From: a virus
Lineage: Duplodnaviria > Caudoviricetes
Virus record (IMG/VR): IMGVR_UViG_3300027860_000004
Coordinates: 66,282-130,281 of that record
Reading direction: 5' to 3' (one strand)
DNA length: 64,000 nucleotides
Under the pieces are notes generated by a model. It made no database searches. It was not told the DNA's origin and saw nothing but the letters and a program-made list of their open reading frames with translations. The translations under genes and the position numbers were made by a program. Of this stretch, positions 34,962 through 46,071 are shown in pieces. How positions within the stretch are numbered: the first letter of the stretch is position 1; each line of letters begins with the position of its first letter.

Positions 34962-35504
34962 TTATTGCAAGCCGGTTGTCGCTTCTACTCCACTCATAAT
35001 CTTGCCATTGGCAATAATCATGCTAGGAGCATAGCCTCCTTTGCAAACATTCAACCATTGTTCATAGGTAGCAGTAGAGTAAGCCCCTGCATTGGCCCCG
35101 GTTTCTGCAAGCCATTTAGCCAAGGCTTCTGCGGTTGGAAACACAGGTGAAATAGGGGTCCCTTCAGTAACAGTTTCAAACATCATGTAATGAGTTTGCT
35201 GTTCCTTGGGAATCAACATATAATCAGAGGCTTGAGGCGGTTCACCATACCATTCTGAAAATGTTGCACAACTCTCTTCTACAGACTTAGGAACAAAATC
35301 CCCGCTAACCCAATCAAGTGTATAGCCTTTTTTCCATTGCGCCTTTTGTAATTTATACTGTGCAACGGTTTCGGCAAATTTTTCAGGGGTTGCATAAAAA
35401 AGAGGTTTAAATCGACCTCGTAAACGTGGGTGTTCCCAAGTCTCCTCTTCACTATAAACAGGATGAACGTAATCTGCGGGCACCATTCGTACTTCTCTTC
35501 CCAT
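34962..35504 (-). CDS. Conserved phage hypothetical protein
   Basis: MGREVRMVP..Y.HP; THYMMFETVTEGTPISP.F.T.E.LA.WL motif. Confidence 0.75.
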   Translation of the reverse strand: MGREVRMVPADYVHPVYSEEETWEHPRLRGRFKPLFYATPEKFAETVAQYKLQKAQWKKGYTLDWVSGDFVPKSVEESCATFSEWYGEPPQASDYMLIPKEQQTHYMMFETVTEGTPISPVFPTAEALAKWLAETGANAGAYSTATYEQWLNVCKGGYAPSMIIANGKIMSGVEATTGLQ

Positions 35505-36796
35505 GATTTTATCCTACACCTTTTCTAAAGAAATTACAAATTGGGATTTAGTATATTATAAATTGAATCCACTAATTGCGGGTTGCCGTAACAAGCAAGC
35601 CGCGAACATCGGGAATTCTAACAGAAATATTCGGATTCCAAAGAGTCAACTGATTGCCATGTTTGAGGTAATCAGGAGTTTCTTCAGAATAGCGAAACCT
35701 TGGATATTTGTTTCTGTTGCTTTTACAGTCAAAGCAAATGCTATTCGCTTGTCTATCTTGAGCGGTGTAGGAACCTGTAGTAAGGTAGTCCTCTCGGTCG
35801 CAAGTATCACAGAACCCGAAGGTAGCAGTAACCCCAGAAACATGAGATACCATCTTTGTGTGATAATTGATAACTGTTTTCATTATGACCAAGGACATTC
35901 CTTCCAGGCTTTGAGCCATGCTTCCATCGGTTTACCATTGCCAATGGTTTGAGGAAGTTTCATGCTTTCTTTGTAGCAATCCTTACAGTATGGTTGCCCG
36001 AATTGGGGAGGATTCGGATGCGCTTTACAATGCATAGGCATTTTTGCTTCAAATGCACAAGAGAGAATGAACCATTTATCAGGATTCCCATTCTCACTCA
36101 TCATACATTTTTCGGGACTCAGAGTTAGTTGAAGGTGATAGCCAACTTTATATAGTTCGGCCTTCGTCTCTTCATACTTCTGAGGGGAAACAATAAGAGC
36201 ATCTACCCAATACTCATTGTTCATTCCGCCCCACTTCTTTTTAACTAATTGAATGTCCATACTCAAATTATAGCATTCATTTTTAGTTTAATCAAATGAA
36301 TGGGGTATGATACCGACCGCTGAAAGGTCCTTATTATGGAGAACCGTAGTCTTTTCAGGGTATGCTTCCCATGCTGCCTTGAATGCTACATAGGCCCACA
36401 GAAATCTGCGAATTATATCGGTCATTTGCCGACGTTATCGCCAAAGAGTTTCTTGAGGGTTTCGATAGGACCGAAGGCGCTGAAATAATTATCTTTGTAT
36501 GAGCCCTTGTAATCCCATACACCACAACGCACTCCGTCAACTGTAAAGCCCCAGGAGTATTTAACTTTGTAGGGGTCATCCTTGCAATTAGCAGGGAAAC
36601 CAATAATACTTTTGATTTGTGAGGCACTCAAACCTTTAATGGTATATTGAGCGTGGTCCCCGGCTTCATCTACAGGGAGGACGACAGGTTTTTTATCATC
36701 GGTATTATTATTCATGTACCCATTATATCTTTTAGTGAGAGTTTTTGCAAATTCTTCCAAAGATTTTGATATATGTTCCATTTATTATAGCCTTTA

Positions 36797-36914
36797 TGGT
36801 GGAAATAGAAGGATTCGAACCTTCATATAGTTGACACAAGTATCGCGAATACCTGGTGAGAAGAGACTAGTATTCTCTGTCAACCTGTTTTAATACCACT
36901 TAAACTATATTTCC
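36797..36914 (-). ncRNA. tRNA-like RNA with two-hairpin insert replacing the anticodon loop; encoded CCA
   Basis: Acceptor GGAAATA/TATTTCC-A-CCA, D-arm GTTT/AAAC, T-arm GAAGG-TTCGAAT-CCTTC, stem GTTGACA/TGTCAAC enclosing two hairpins. Confidence 0.88.
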
Positions 36915-36919
36915 CATAA

Positions 36920-37263
36920 AGAGGGCATCATGTCCTTTCCCCTCAGTCTTGCATTGAAATACAACCCGGTAAGATTGCCCTCGCGTTTCTTGCGGTCATG
37001 GGGCGTCTTATCTTAGTAGCAAGTCTTAAAAATTTGGGGCAATCCGGTAACGCCAAGAGGTTGCAACCCCTTTTTGCTTCCCATACGTAGCACATACGAT
37101 TCGGGTTCCTCACAAGCCGCATTGCCATGCCTTGTGAGTCCTGCCTGCCCTGGTTTGTCCGAGAGCCGTAAGAATTCTTGAATGGACAGGAATCATTCAA
37201 GTTGAGTTACGCAGAGGACCAGGATGTAAGGACTTCCGTTTCATGAACCGGCTAGAACCTTAC
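36920..37263 (-). ncRNA. Putative structured ncRNA, about 340 nt
   Basis: Promoter TTGACA-17-TATAAT; helices GTAAGG/CCTTAC, CCTGGT/ACCAGG, TTGAATG/CATTCAA, CTCACAAG/CTTGTGAG, GATTGCCC/GGGCAATC. Confidence 0.7.
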
Positions 37264-37301
37264 AAACTCATTATACTATTTGAATTTAGTTTTGTCAATT
37301 T

Positions 37302-37476
37302 AGATAATCGCCTCGGTGGAGGTTAGGCTCCTCCAATATCCCTTAACTCTCGCCATGTTTTTCCTTGCGGAACCCATCTGCTTCAAACGAGCGCAGGCTG
37401 ATAGACTTCGGTTGTCTATCTTAGGGCCTCTTTATTTTATTATCCGATACTACCGAATTTATTCCGGCGACCATCT
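37302..37476 (-). ncRNA. Putative 175-nt ncRNA with paired 5' and 3' ends
   Basis: Promoter TTGACA-17-CATAAT; 11-bp closing stem AGATGGTCGCC/GGCGATTATCT; internal GATAGAC/GTCTATC, TTCC-GCAA-GGAA, GGAGG/CCTCC. Confidence 0.75.
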
Positions 37477-37570
37477 AAAACTATTATGCCATTTTCATTT
37501 AGTTTTGTCAAGTACGGTTCCAACAGTAGGCGTGGAGAAAAAGTAGACGCCTAGTTTTACTATGATACGC

Positions 37571-37753
37571 TAGGGCATACAGGGCTCGAACCTATATTTC
37601 CCGATGTTCCCCCAAGCACAAACCGCCAAGTCTGAGCCACCTAATCATTCTCTTGCTTACTTTTTCGTAGTTGGCGCTAGGAATTTCAGCATGGATTGAT
37701 TCAGATTCAAGGGGTACTAGTCAAGGCGTTTTGTCCATTTAAACGAATGCCCC
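37571..37753 (-). ncRNA. tRNA-like RNA with about 110-nt pseudoknotted insert in the anticodon arm
   Basis: Acceptor GGGGCAT/ATGCCCT-A, D-arm GTTT-AAATGGACA-AAAC, T-arm ATAGG-TTCGAGC-CCTGT. Confidence 0.8.
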
Positions 37754-37759
37754 ATTCCC

Positions 37760-37988
37760 GTATCACGCCCATTGGACTGATTACTACACCTTCTGTAGTT
37801 TGATTTGAGAAGGTTTTCCTACTTCTCACCGGGTCGAGACATGTCCCGGAGGCTAGTTGTAGCGTCCCATTTAAGGGATACCAATGAACTCGAAGCACCG
37901 TGGGAGTATCTCATTGGCTGTCAGCAACGTCGTCTTGGGTGCTACCTGCTTCTCGGTTATTTTGTGACCAAGCGTTTCCGCTCACCAC
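37760..37988 (-). ncRNA. Putative structured ncRNA, about 230 nt, co-transcribed upstream of the tRNA-like RNA
   Basis: Promoter TTGACA-17-TAAGAT; GAGCG-GAAA-CGCTT, CCAATGA/TCATTGG, CCGGG/CCCGG, TGAGAAG/CTTCTCA, ACTACA/TGTAGT. Confidence 0.65.
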
Positions 37989-38466
37989 ATTTATATCTTA
38001 TACTATTTGGAGAGTTTTGTCAAATCCTTTTTGTTTAATTCAAAAAAGAATCTCCTGCCATGACGCCATGAAACTTTATGACTCTTGCAGGAGCAATAAT
38101 TGAAACGCTTCAAACTGTCCCCTTCTCAACTGCATAAATATACGCAGCAGAATCTTTACGACTTGAAGTAGGAGAAGAATCTGAATACAACTCTTTATAA
38201 TCCGCAGGACGCCCAGCAGCAAGGTTCTCTGCTCGTCTACGCTTGATTAAGGCTTTCTGTCTAGCAATAGCCTCCGCATCTTCAGGACCCAACAGAGCGG
38301 CAAGGAAGCCATCTACAATGCCATTTGCAGCATCTTCTTCAATGGTAGTCTCTCGCTTTGGTTGAAGGTCTACTTCGATATATTTCATTTTCAAAAGTAG
38401 TGTATCAATCTCTTACAGTTATTGCAAACAACAACAACAACAACATTCTATTTATTATATACAGCA

Positions 38467-38534
38467 GAACAGGAAACCAAGCGTATACTCTTGGCTCCCT
38501 ATCTGTGTAGTAGTCCTCATGGAGTGAGCGACTT
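38467..38534 (-). ncRNA. Putative small RNA, about 70 nt
   Basis: Promoter TTGACA-17-TATACT; hairpin AGTC(G)CTCA/TGAGGACT followed by a terminator hairpin. Confidence 0.45.
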
Positions 38535-38589
38535 GCATTTAGTATACCAAAGAGGAGCAGTTTTGTCAAGAACTGCCCCTCCCTGTATT

Positions 38590-39561
38590 CTAGACCTCTA
38601 CGAGGTACTTGAGGACTTCATCCTTCAAGGGTTCATCAAAGGTGCGGATATACTTGCGTTCGAGCGCACCGTTCGGGTTGTCCTTGGTTTGGTTAGTAGC
38701 CCGGTCATGGTCGAGGTAATCAACCGTGGCATTCCAGAGGCCGTAGGCGGTATCACGCACGTTCGCGATATCGGCAGCATTGAGCGCCTTATTGAACAGG
38801 TTACGACCCTTTTCAATTTCGGTTTCCTTGCGCTTACCAATCGACATTTCGGGAAGAGGAAGGAGGATTTGGTCACGAACGAATTCGATTTCCTTCGTGG
38901 TGACAGGCTTCTTGAGAAGGCCATTCATCACATCTTCAAACTTCGTGAAGTAATCTCCCGAGATTTTCAGAACGTCACGGGCCGCAAGAACCAGAGTGTT
39001 GGTATCCATTTGGTTCCCGATATGCTTGACACGGAAGGTATTCTTTGCACCTTGCAAGGCAGCAGTAAGGGTATTTTGGCAAACCACCCGAACCGGAGTA
39101 ATCACGCAGATAAAGGAACCTTTGCCGTCGTGATGATTCAGAAGCAGGATGTAACGAGAGATTTCATCCCCGGCAATTTTAGTGATGTTAGGAAGGCGCA
39201 TCAGAATCCATACGCGCTGCCCATTATCGAACGTGCCCGCCGTTTCAAAGAGGGACTCGTTCTGGATGCCCGTAATCGCCTCTGCGAGATTAAAGGCTTC
39301 TTCATTCTGAAGAGGTTTGTAGCGTTTCGTAACCGTACCGAGGATACGCTTCTCATCCATACGCACGACATTGAATGCGCCGTGATTCGGGATGAATTCT
39401 TCGCCGACTTTGGCATAAGAAGGATGGAGTTCTACAGTCCAATCAAGGCCACCAAGAACGCGGGCTTGAAGGGCGTTTAAGTCATGGTCGGGCACAACGC
39501 CAAGACCATGCCACGGGGTTTCACGAACGGAGACGATGGAAGTGATATTTCCAGCCGACAT
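38590..39561 (-). CDS. DUF932 (phage/plasmid TIGR03299-type) protein
   Basis: VRETPWHGLG, GLDWTVE, LG.V..RY.PLQNEEAF, ETAG....G.RVW, L.N.HDG, TPVRVVCQNTL; start placed at MSAGN. Confidence 0.9.
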   Translation of the reverse strand: MSAGNITSIVSVRETPWHGLGVVPDHDLNALQARVLGGLDWTVELHPSYAKVGEEFIPNHGAFNVVRMDEKRILGTVTKRYKPLQNEEAFNLAEAITGIQNESLFETAGTFDNGQRVWILMRLPNITKIAGDEISRYILLLNHHDGKGSFICVITPVRVVCQNTLTAALQGAKNTFRVKHIGNQMDTNTLVLAARDVLKISGDYFTKFEDVMNGLLKKPVTTKEIEFVRDQILLPLPEMSIGKRKETEIEKGRNLFNKALNAADIANVRDTAYGLWNATVDYLDHDRATNQTKDNPNGALERKYIRTFDEPLKDEVLKYLVEV

Positions 39562-40597
39562 ACTTTGTTCTTTATTCCTTTCAGGAGTTGGGGAGAACAA
39601 AATGATAGTACCAACTTCTGGTAGATAATGCAAGTGCCAATTTTTAGAGTGGTCCTATTTATTATAAGACTGAACAGGTTTTCAAGGATTTTACTCCTCG
39701 AAAACCTCAGACTCATCTACTCCATGATACATGAAGTAAACAAGCGTACTACAAACCAGAATCCACAACAAAGTCATCATGATTAAATTTGTTGAAACTT
39801 CTTATTGAATTTTTGACTATAGTGTTCCAACTTCATGTCCAAATAGGGCTTACCTTCGGGGGTATTATACCAATTTGGAATTCCTGCCAGGTTGTCATTC
39901 TTACAACGAACCATTAATTCTGCAAGTTCATCGGCAGTTAGGACTTGCGAAGTAGGCGTAAAGAATTCTACGCGGTCCGAAGAAATAAATTCTGCTTGGC
40001 AGATGAAAGTTCCAGGTTTAAATGGATAGACGTTTTCTCCATCCATGATAAGGAAATTCCAACCATTTTCAAATTTCAATTCCATATTTAAATTGTACCA
40101 TCCTTTTTAGGTTTTTGCAAACGCTGGTTCTCTTCTTCTTCTGCTGCATATTCAGGAATCTCAAACCGCTGTTCGTAAAGCCTTTGATACAGTTTATTAT
40201 AATTAAAAGCCGGATACGTACCCCTGTAGGGGTTATAGCAAGGCTTACCTGTTGGCGAAATGATTTTCAATGGAATTAACTACTAGTTTTTTTGTAGTCA
40301 TCAAAATCTTTGAAAGGACCTTGAGGACGCAAAGCCTCGCGCACGATATATTCCATTTCTGAAATGGCTGCGTCATCAGGAGTTTCATCAGCATCTTCGC
40401 CACGTTGACGAATGGCTTCCTTAACAAACCTTTTAGAAGGTTTGATTCCTGCTACATCAATTAAAGTAGCAACGACAATCTGAGCAATATCTTCGGGTTC
40501 CATAGTAACGAGGTTTGTTTCTTCGTTGTATTTTGGAGCAAATTCGATATCTTCTGTGTTTTCCATATCCTCATTATACCATTTGAGTTCAGAAAAA

Positions 40598-41230
40598 TCA
40601 AGCCGCAATCTTCAAAGGAATAGCAGGCTGACGCTTTAGTTTTTCAACCCTATGAGACTTTGTAAGACGAATCCATGCCAACCAGCATATTGCCTGCAAT
40701 TCATAGGGACGCAAACCAAACTTCTTGGCAGCAATCTTATATGCACTAGCAATAGTGTCATAATCAGTATCAGTTAGGGACCAAGGTTCAGAACGCTTGC
40801 CCATATAGATTGAAAATGCATGAATGTCTACAGTAACTTCTTTTGATTCTGTATAGCCAATATTATGACAGAATGAACGCACCTTCTTGCTAGTATACGC
40901 AAGCGAAGGATTGTTCTCACGAAGAATTCTAAAGGCTTTTTCCTTATTCTTTGTGAAAGTCCCAACTCGAATAGATTCTGGACCTCGACCTTCTGAATTT
41001 GCTTGGAGAACCGTAACCAAATCCTTTAGGTTCTGTTTCCATTTATTTCGCGGAGAAAGGGCCGCAAGAACCGCAATAGCAGTATCAAGAGGAACATTAA
41101 ACTTACCTGCGGCTTCAGCACAATATGCGCGAGCCACAAGATACCAATTCAATCCATCAATTTTTTCTGCTGCGGTGGCCTGTTCATAGACCTTTAGAAT
41201 ATTGGCAATTCCTGTACGCTTATTTTTCAT
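40598..41230 (-). CDS. DUF7178-like phage protein (possibly HhH-glycosylase related)
   Basis: G.NWY..A, AVLAALSPRNKW..N, K..SF..NI, VTVDIHA, Y..IA.AY, LQAI.W. Confidence 0.65.
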   Translation of the reverse strand: MKNKRTGIANILKVYEQATAAEKIDGLNWYLVARAYCAEAAGKFNVPLDTAIAVLAALSPRNKWKQNLKDLVTVLQANSEGRGPESIRVGTFTKNKEKAFRILRENNPSLAYTSKKVRSFCHNIGYTESKEVTVDIHAFSIYMGKRSEPWSLTDTDYDTIASAYKIAAKKFGLRPYELQAICWLAWIRLTKSHRVEKLKRQPAIPLKIAA

Positions 41231-41344
41231 ATCGAAAAGATTATATCAGATTGAAAAAGTTATCGCAAGGGCTTGCTCGCTTCTGTTTTATTTATAATAT
41301 ATTTAATTAAAAAGAGGGCTCCTTGTTGTAAGGAGCCCCCTTTA

Positions 41345-42004
41345 TTAAAGTGAACAGTAAATCGGTTCTTTCATTTTGATTGCCCTCTTCAAGAAGGTAA
41401 CCAACGCTTTTTGACGAGACTTGAAGTAAGCAGAATTCTTCTCAAACTCTTTCTGATACTCTTCTGCTTGTTCTTTGGCATACTTTTGATAGGTTGTATT
41501 ATCTTTAAGTTTACGTTCAATGACCTGTTTAAGGTCAATTTCGAAGTCTAACTTTTTGAGAAGTTCTTTTGCTTGTTCAGGATGAAGATAATTTGCAGAA
41601 TGTTCATCCCCATCAAAAGGGCATTCTTTATCTTCACGCAAAGGGCAAGGCGTTCCATCTTCGTGACGGAGCATCGGAGACACATCTTGCCACCAAGAGA
41701 AGTAACCAAGGCTAGAAAGTCCCCAACTATTGTAGGGGTCTCGGAAATATCCGCCACCATCATTCATGGCTTTATAGTATTTATTAACTTTCTTCTGAGC
41801 ATCATTCAGAAGTTTAACTTTTTCCCGAAGTGCTGCGGGAGGTCGTGGAGTAGGACGAATTCCCCAAACATCTTTCATGTAAGGTTGGACTTCAGGAAAT
41901 TTATTCGCTATATCATCGCGCGTTTTGACCGCAATATTGAAAAGAGGTTTGTACTTTGCATCCTGCTTTTGAGAAATGCTTTCGATATAAAGGTCCGCTC
42001 CCAA
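41345..42004 (-). CDS. Conserved phage hypothetical protein
   Basis: MGADLYI...YFRDPYN...FSWWQDV...IYCSL. Confidence 0.65.
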   Translation of the reverse strand: MGADLYIESISQKQDAKYKPLFNIAVKTRDDIANKFPEVQPYMKDVWGIRPTPRPPAALREKVKLLNDAQKKVNKYYKAMNDGGGYFRDPYNSWGLSSLGYFSWWQDVSPMLRHEDGTPCPLREDKECPFDGDEHSANYLHPEQAKELLKKLDFEIDLKQVIERKLKDNTTYQKYAKEQAEEYQKEFEKNSAYFKSRQKALVTFLKRAIKMKEPIYCSL

Positions 42005-42083
42005 ATCTTTCTCCTTGAATTCTTGTGAAGTAGTTGTGGACTAATTATAGCAATGATTTTTAGTTATTGCAAACCACAACTAC

Positions 42084-42569
42084 TTACCAAGAAGCCTGGT
42101 AGTAGAAACTACAGTCGCGGGCTGCTTCATCTTCAAGAAGGAATTTAAGACGGTCCCTAGTGTATTCCAAGTCATGGAGATAGTATTCGTCAATTTCGGT
42201 ACTACCAAAAAAGAACCCAGACTGAGGAGTAAGAAGTTCCTCTGCCTTTTCAAAATCTCCAGCCTTATAGGCTTCGATTGCTTGAACACAGGTATCCCGA
42301 AGTTTTTCGAGTTGTTCTCTTTCAACATACGAACGTTGACATTCATCCTTACCATCTTGAACATTTTGGACAAACCAAGAATGAATCGCATTCGCTTTAC
42401 GCCAATAAGCAACAGTCACTTCGACATAAATGCTAGGCGTAGACTTCTCAAGAAGATGAGTCATGTTGGATGCTTCTAAAACAAGAGGAACCATCTTCTT
42501 GTCTGTCTCACTTGAGAACTCGTAGTTCGAGGCGTATTTTTCCGCCATGAGGTACATATCTAATCCCAT
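42084..42569 (-). CDS. Conserved phage hypothetical protein
   Basis: MGLDMYL, YWRKANAIHSWFV, LL.PQSGFFFGSTE.DEYY, YYQASW. Confidence 0.8.
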   Translation of the reverse strand: MGLDMYLMAEKYASNYEFSSETDKKMVPLVLEASNMTHLLEKSTPSIYVEVTVAYWRKANAIHSWFVQNVQDGKDECQRSYVEREQLEKLRDTCVQAIEAYKAGDFEKAEELLTPQSGFFFGSTEIDEYYLHDLEYTRDRLKFLLEDEAARDCSFYYQASW

Positions 42570-42676
42570 GTACGTACTATATCAAAACCTGTAAGTTATT
42601 GCAAATACATACATGCGCGTTCAATTTATTATATTTATGAAAAAAATCAGCCTGCTTATTAGGCAGGCTGCTGTGT

Positions 42677-43408
42677 TTACAACTTCTCAGTTTTGATAAG
42701 GTCGTTTTCGAGAAGAAGTCTCAAAACTTCCGGGAGAGGTTCTTCACCTTCATAGGCATTTAGAGGGTCCCCAGGAGTCTTGAAGCGAGTATACAACTTC
42801 TCATAATTAGACTTTACATTATTAATTTTACGAAGAAAGAAGGTTTGAAGATATTTATTTTCCCAAATAGTGGCGTCTACATTGTAGATTGCATTTGAGT
42901 ATTCGTTGTTAATATACGAACTCAAAATTTGAGTGGCATTATCTTGAATATCTGCCCCATCCATTTCACCATCATCGCCAAATTCTTCACCCCGCCAGCG
43001 AACACTTCCAGAAACTTTATACCCCCAGGGTGTCAAGAAGTTGTGGCAAATGTAGGCAAACCATTCCTTGTATCTGTAGAATTTTTCTCCGCCATCCCAT
43101 TCAATACCTTGAAGGTCTTGTGTAGGAACCCATTGACACCAAAGGCCAGGTTGAGTACGAGGAGGTTCATTGTAGTCAATAACGCTAGTTAATATTGCTT
43201 CATTAATATCATCGCCTACATAAAATTCTCCATCAATACCTGGAGGCAAATGAACGGCAATTCGAACTTCATCAGGAAGAATAGCAGTTGCTTTCTGACT
43301 ACGAAACATTCTTCGGGTATCAGCAAACTTTTTTAAATAAAGTGCTTGGTTTTGAGTTAAAGGTCTGTCTAAATCAAACCGACCACGGAATTGAGTGTCA
43401 TAACCCAT
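42677..43408 (-). CDS. Conserved phage hypothetical protein
   Basis: MGY.T.F.G.F.LD.PL, QPGLWCQW, WDGGEKFY motifs. Confidence 0.75.
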   Translation of the reverse strand: MGYDTQFRGRFDLDRPLTQNQALYLKKFADTRRMFRSQKATAILPDEVRIAVHLPPGIDGEFYVGDDINEAILTSVIDYNEPPRTQPGLWCQWVPTQDLQGIEWDGGEKFYRYKEWFAYICHNFLTPWGYKVSGSVRWRGEEFGDDGEMDGADIQDNATQILSSYINNEYSNAIYNVDATIWENKYLQTFFLRKINNVKSNYEKLYTRFKTPGDPLNAYEGEEPLPEVLRLLLENDLIKTEKL

Positions 43409-44788
43409 TATAAATTAAAAACCTTTGCCCTTTCAGGATTTACAGGAAGTTTAATACCCTTGACCGTTACATGGATATCTTCAGAGATATCCTGGCAGAT
43501 AAATCCAGGCGAACAAGGACACGCACAGCCTGCGTAGTGCGACCATCGAATGCCCTTTATAGGCACATCAATGTTTAGTTGCTTAAAAACCTCTGGAAGA
43601 AGTTTTCGGTATTCCTTGTGAGGTTCGACACCCCGAGCCACAAGCATATCAAAGACGCCTGCGCCTTGTACAAAGAAGTAAATTCGACCATTTCTCTTTC
43701 GATAATTGCGCCGATTGGCAGGAGAAAAGAATTTCGCTTTCACAATTTCTAACATATGAGTATCTTACATTATTTTTGAAGTTATTGCAAATGCTGATTA
43801 GTCCCTACTACATTAAGAGACAGGTTCAATGTAGTAGAGACTAAATCTTATAAACTTCTTCGGGACGCACTTCATGGACATAGGACATAGCCCGGCGAAC
43901 GGTTCTATCCGTTTCGTCCACAAGATGGCATATTGTGAAATGAATGTCTGATTCAAATAACGAAGCCTTCAACTTCTGAATCATAGAAGGAGGACCCTGC
44001 AACTTCTCTAAGAAGGAGGGTTTTAGTAAGGGCGTGTTAGCCCTATGAGAGGTCGTACAGCAACCTCTCCGGCAGCGAAGTTCCTTCTCATATGTTACAT
44101 CAATATGATTGGGAGTGAGTAATTCGGAATCAACATGTTCTAAAAACATATTGACATTATATCATATTTGAAGTGTTTAGTCAAAGAATGAAGCATAAGA
44201 TAATTGATAAGAATACCACAGCAATCTGTCCATCTTATCAAGAACTCCTACATTATGACCGCGCTTCTTCATTTCGTTGAAGAAGTGACCCTTGTAGCGT
44301 TCAGTATCTGTAATGGCATCTTCAACACCAAGTATCTTGGCATCGTTAATAGCCTTGAATTCTGCTTCAGTAAATTGAGTCATGATTATATTCTATCAAA
44401 AATGAACAGTTTAGTCAAAAGCATCCATATTTCGTTTAGGATTACTTGAACGCTTATCAGCAGGATTCTTATGATATCCTGTGCCTCTGTTGGCTTTAAA
44501 AAAGTCCTGAAGCTCCTCGGGAGTCATTTTATGCTTGCTTGGAGCAGAAGGCTTTTCAAGTTTGATGACATTTTTATCAGGCTTGACTTTTGGTTCCCAC
44601 ATTTTCCCTTTACCGCCAAGTGAAATAAGTCTGGTTAAAAGTTTCGGTATCATTATATCATATCTCTCCAGAAATTGCAATCTTCAATCTATAATAATCA
44701 AGAAGAGAAAGAATGGAGCCCTGGTGAGGGAAGGCGGAACCTCACCAGGGCTCTTGGACAAGCCTAAGACGGAGTTTGCAGGGTCGTC

Positions 44789-45688
44789 TTAGGCTACGTT
44801 TTGTTCGAGAGGTGAACCCTTCCAAGCAATGGGTTTCCAATGCTTAGGATTACCCCGACGAGGTTCACAACCGATTGCTTTCAACTGAGCGGATACTTCA
44901 GCAGGGTACATACCCAATTCGGCCGCGAACGTACCAACCGGAACCAAGTCTTCAAGGTGACGCTTGGCCATCTTCTGAAGAGTTTCGTTGTCAATAGTTA
45001 CAACTTCCTTCTTCATACGGGGAGCCCTATCCTCCTTGGGAGCCTTTTCAACCGGAGTACGATTCTCTGCCCTTACGGCGCGAGCCTTAGCCAACGCTTC
45101 GGGATTCGAATTACCTCGCTTGATGGTTCGGCCCTGTTCCTTCAAGTAGTTTGAGATATAGGTAGGTTGTACATTGTATTCTTTAGAAAGAACCACGACA
45201 CCGTTACCTTTATCAAACTTTTCAAGGACTTCAGCAAGTTCAGTAGAATCCAGAGCAAGTCGCGTAGTACGCACTCGACCACGTTTGCCCTTCTCGCCTG
45301 TACGTGCAGCCGTTCCCAAATTCTTTTCTGCGGATTCATTTTCAATTGTAGAATCAGGTTCCGAAATCCGAGAAGAAGAAGATTTTTCTTGATTCTTATA
45401 GAAGGTTTGCCAATCTTCTGCATTCATGAACTTGGTTCCATAACCAGGACGATGTTTACAGAAGTTGTACATAAACCCACAAGATTTGCAGAAGATTTGG
45501 TCATGACGAGCAATCTCATCAATCTTATCCCAGGGAATCTCTTCTGCAAATAAACCAATGCCAGATTGTTCAGAGTAAGGCTTGTTTGCCAACTTGGCAA
45601 TAGCCATACTTTCTGCAACAGCCGCCTCCAGCATGTCGTTTATTTCTTGAACAGAAAGAACACTACGAGAAGTATTATTGTTTTCCAT
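44789..45688 (-). CDS. Hypothetical protein, possibly with two HTH-like segments
   Basis: Leaderless promoter; LSKEYNVQPTYISNYLK and FAAELGMYPAEVSAQLK, each followed by RGN. Confidence 0.55.
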   Translation of the reverse strand: MENNNTSRSVLSVQEINDMLEAAVAESMAIAKLANKPYSEQSGIGLFAEEIPWDKIDEIARHDQIFCKSCGFMYNFCKHRPGYGTKFMNAEDWQTFYKNQEKSSSSRISEPDSTIENESAEKNLGTAARTGEKGKRGRVRTTRLALDSTELAEVLEKFDKGNGVVVLSKEYNVQPTYISNYLKEQGRTIKRGNSNPEALAKARAVRAENRTPVEKAPKEDRAPRMKKEVVTIDNETLQKMAKRHLEDLVPVGTFAAELGMYPAEVSAQLKAIGCEPRRGNPKHWKPIAWKGSPLEQNVA

Positions 45689-46071
45689 GACCAGATTATA
45701 GCAAGGTCTTTAAGTTATGTCAAACAACCACTACTGCAAATAGATTATTAATTTGTTGAACAATAAAGAATCTATCACCAGGTTCTATTTGTTCTTTAAG
45801 ACAAAAGTTTAAAGATTCATCTAGAAGATTTCGATAGGTTATATGTTCTCCTTCTTCATTGGTAACTCCATACCATTTATCTTTAATTCGAGAAGGAACC
45901 TTAGCAACTACCTTATGGTCCTTAAATGCTACTTGACCTAACTCGGGAGTTGTTGTGCGAGGGGTAACATGAAATACAGATTCAAAAATAGAATTGAACC
46001 AACCTGGATATTCATTCTCCTTTTTTTGAATCTTAGATTGAATTCTTTTTAATGTTCTTAGAGTTGAAAGT

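Noticed and set aside
36295-36425. Possible ncRNA in an apparent gap
   Set aside because: Explained by a 45-aa minus-strand ORF (MTDIIRRFLWAY...) coupled to the upstream stop codon.
37571-37753. Canonical tmRNA
   Set aside because: About half the usual length, has a D-stem, no G3:U70, and no tag reading frame ending in Ala-Ala.
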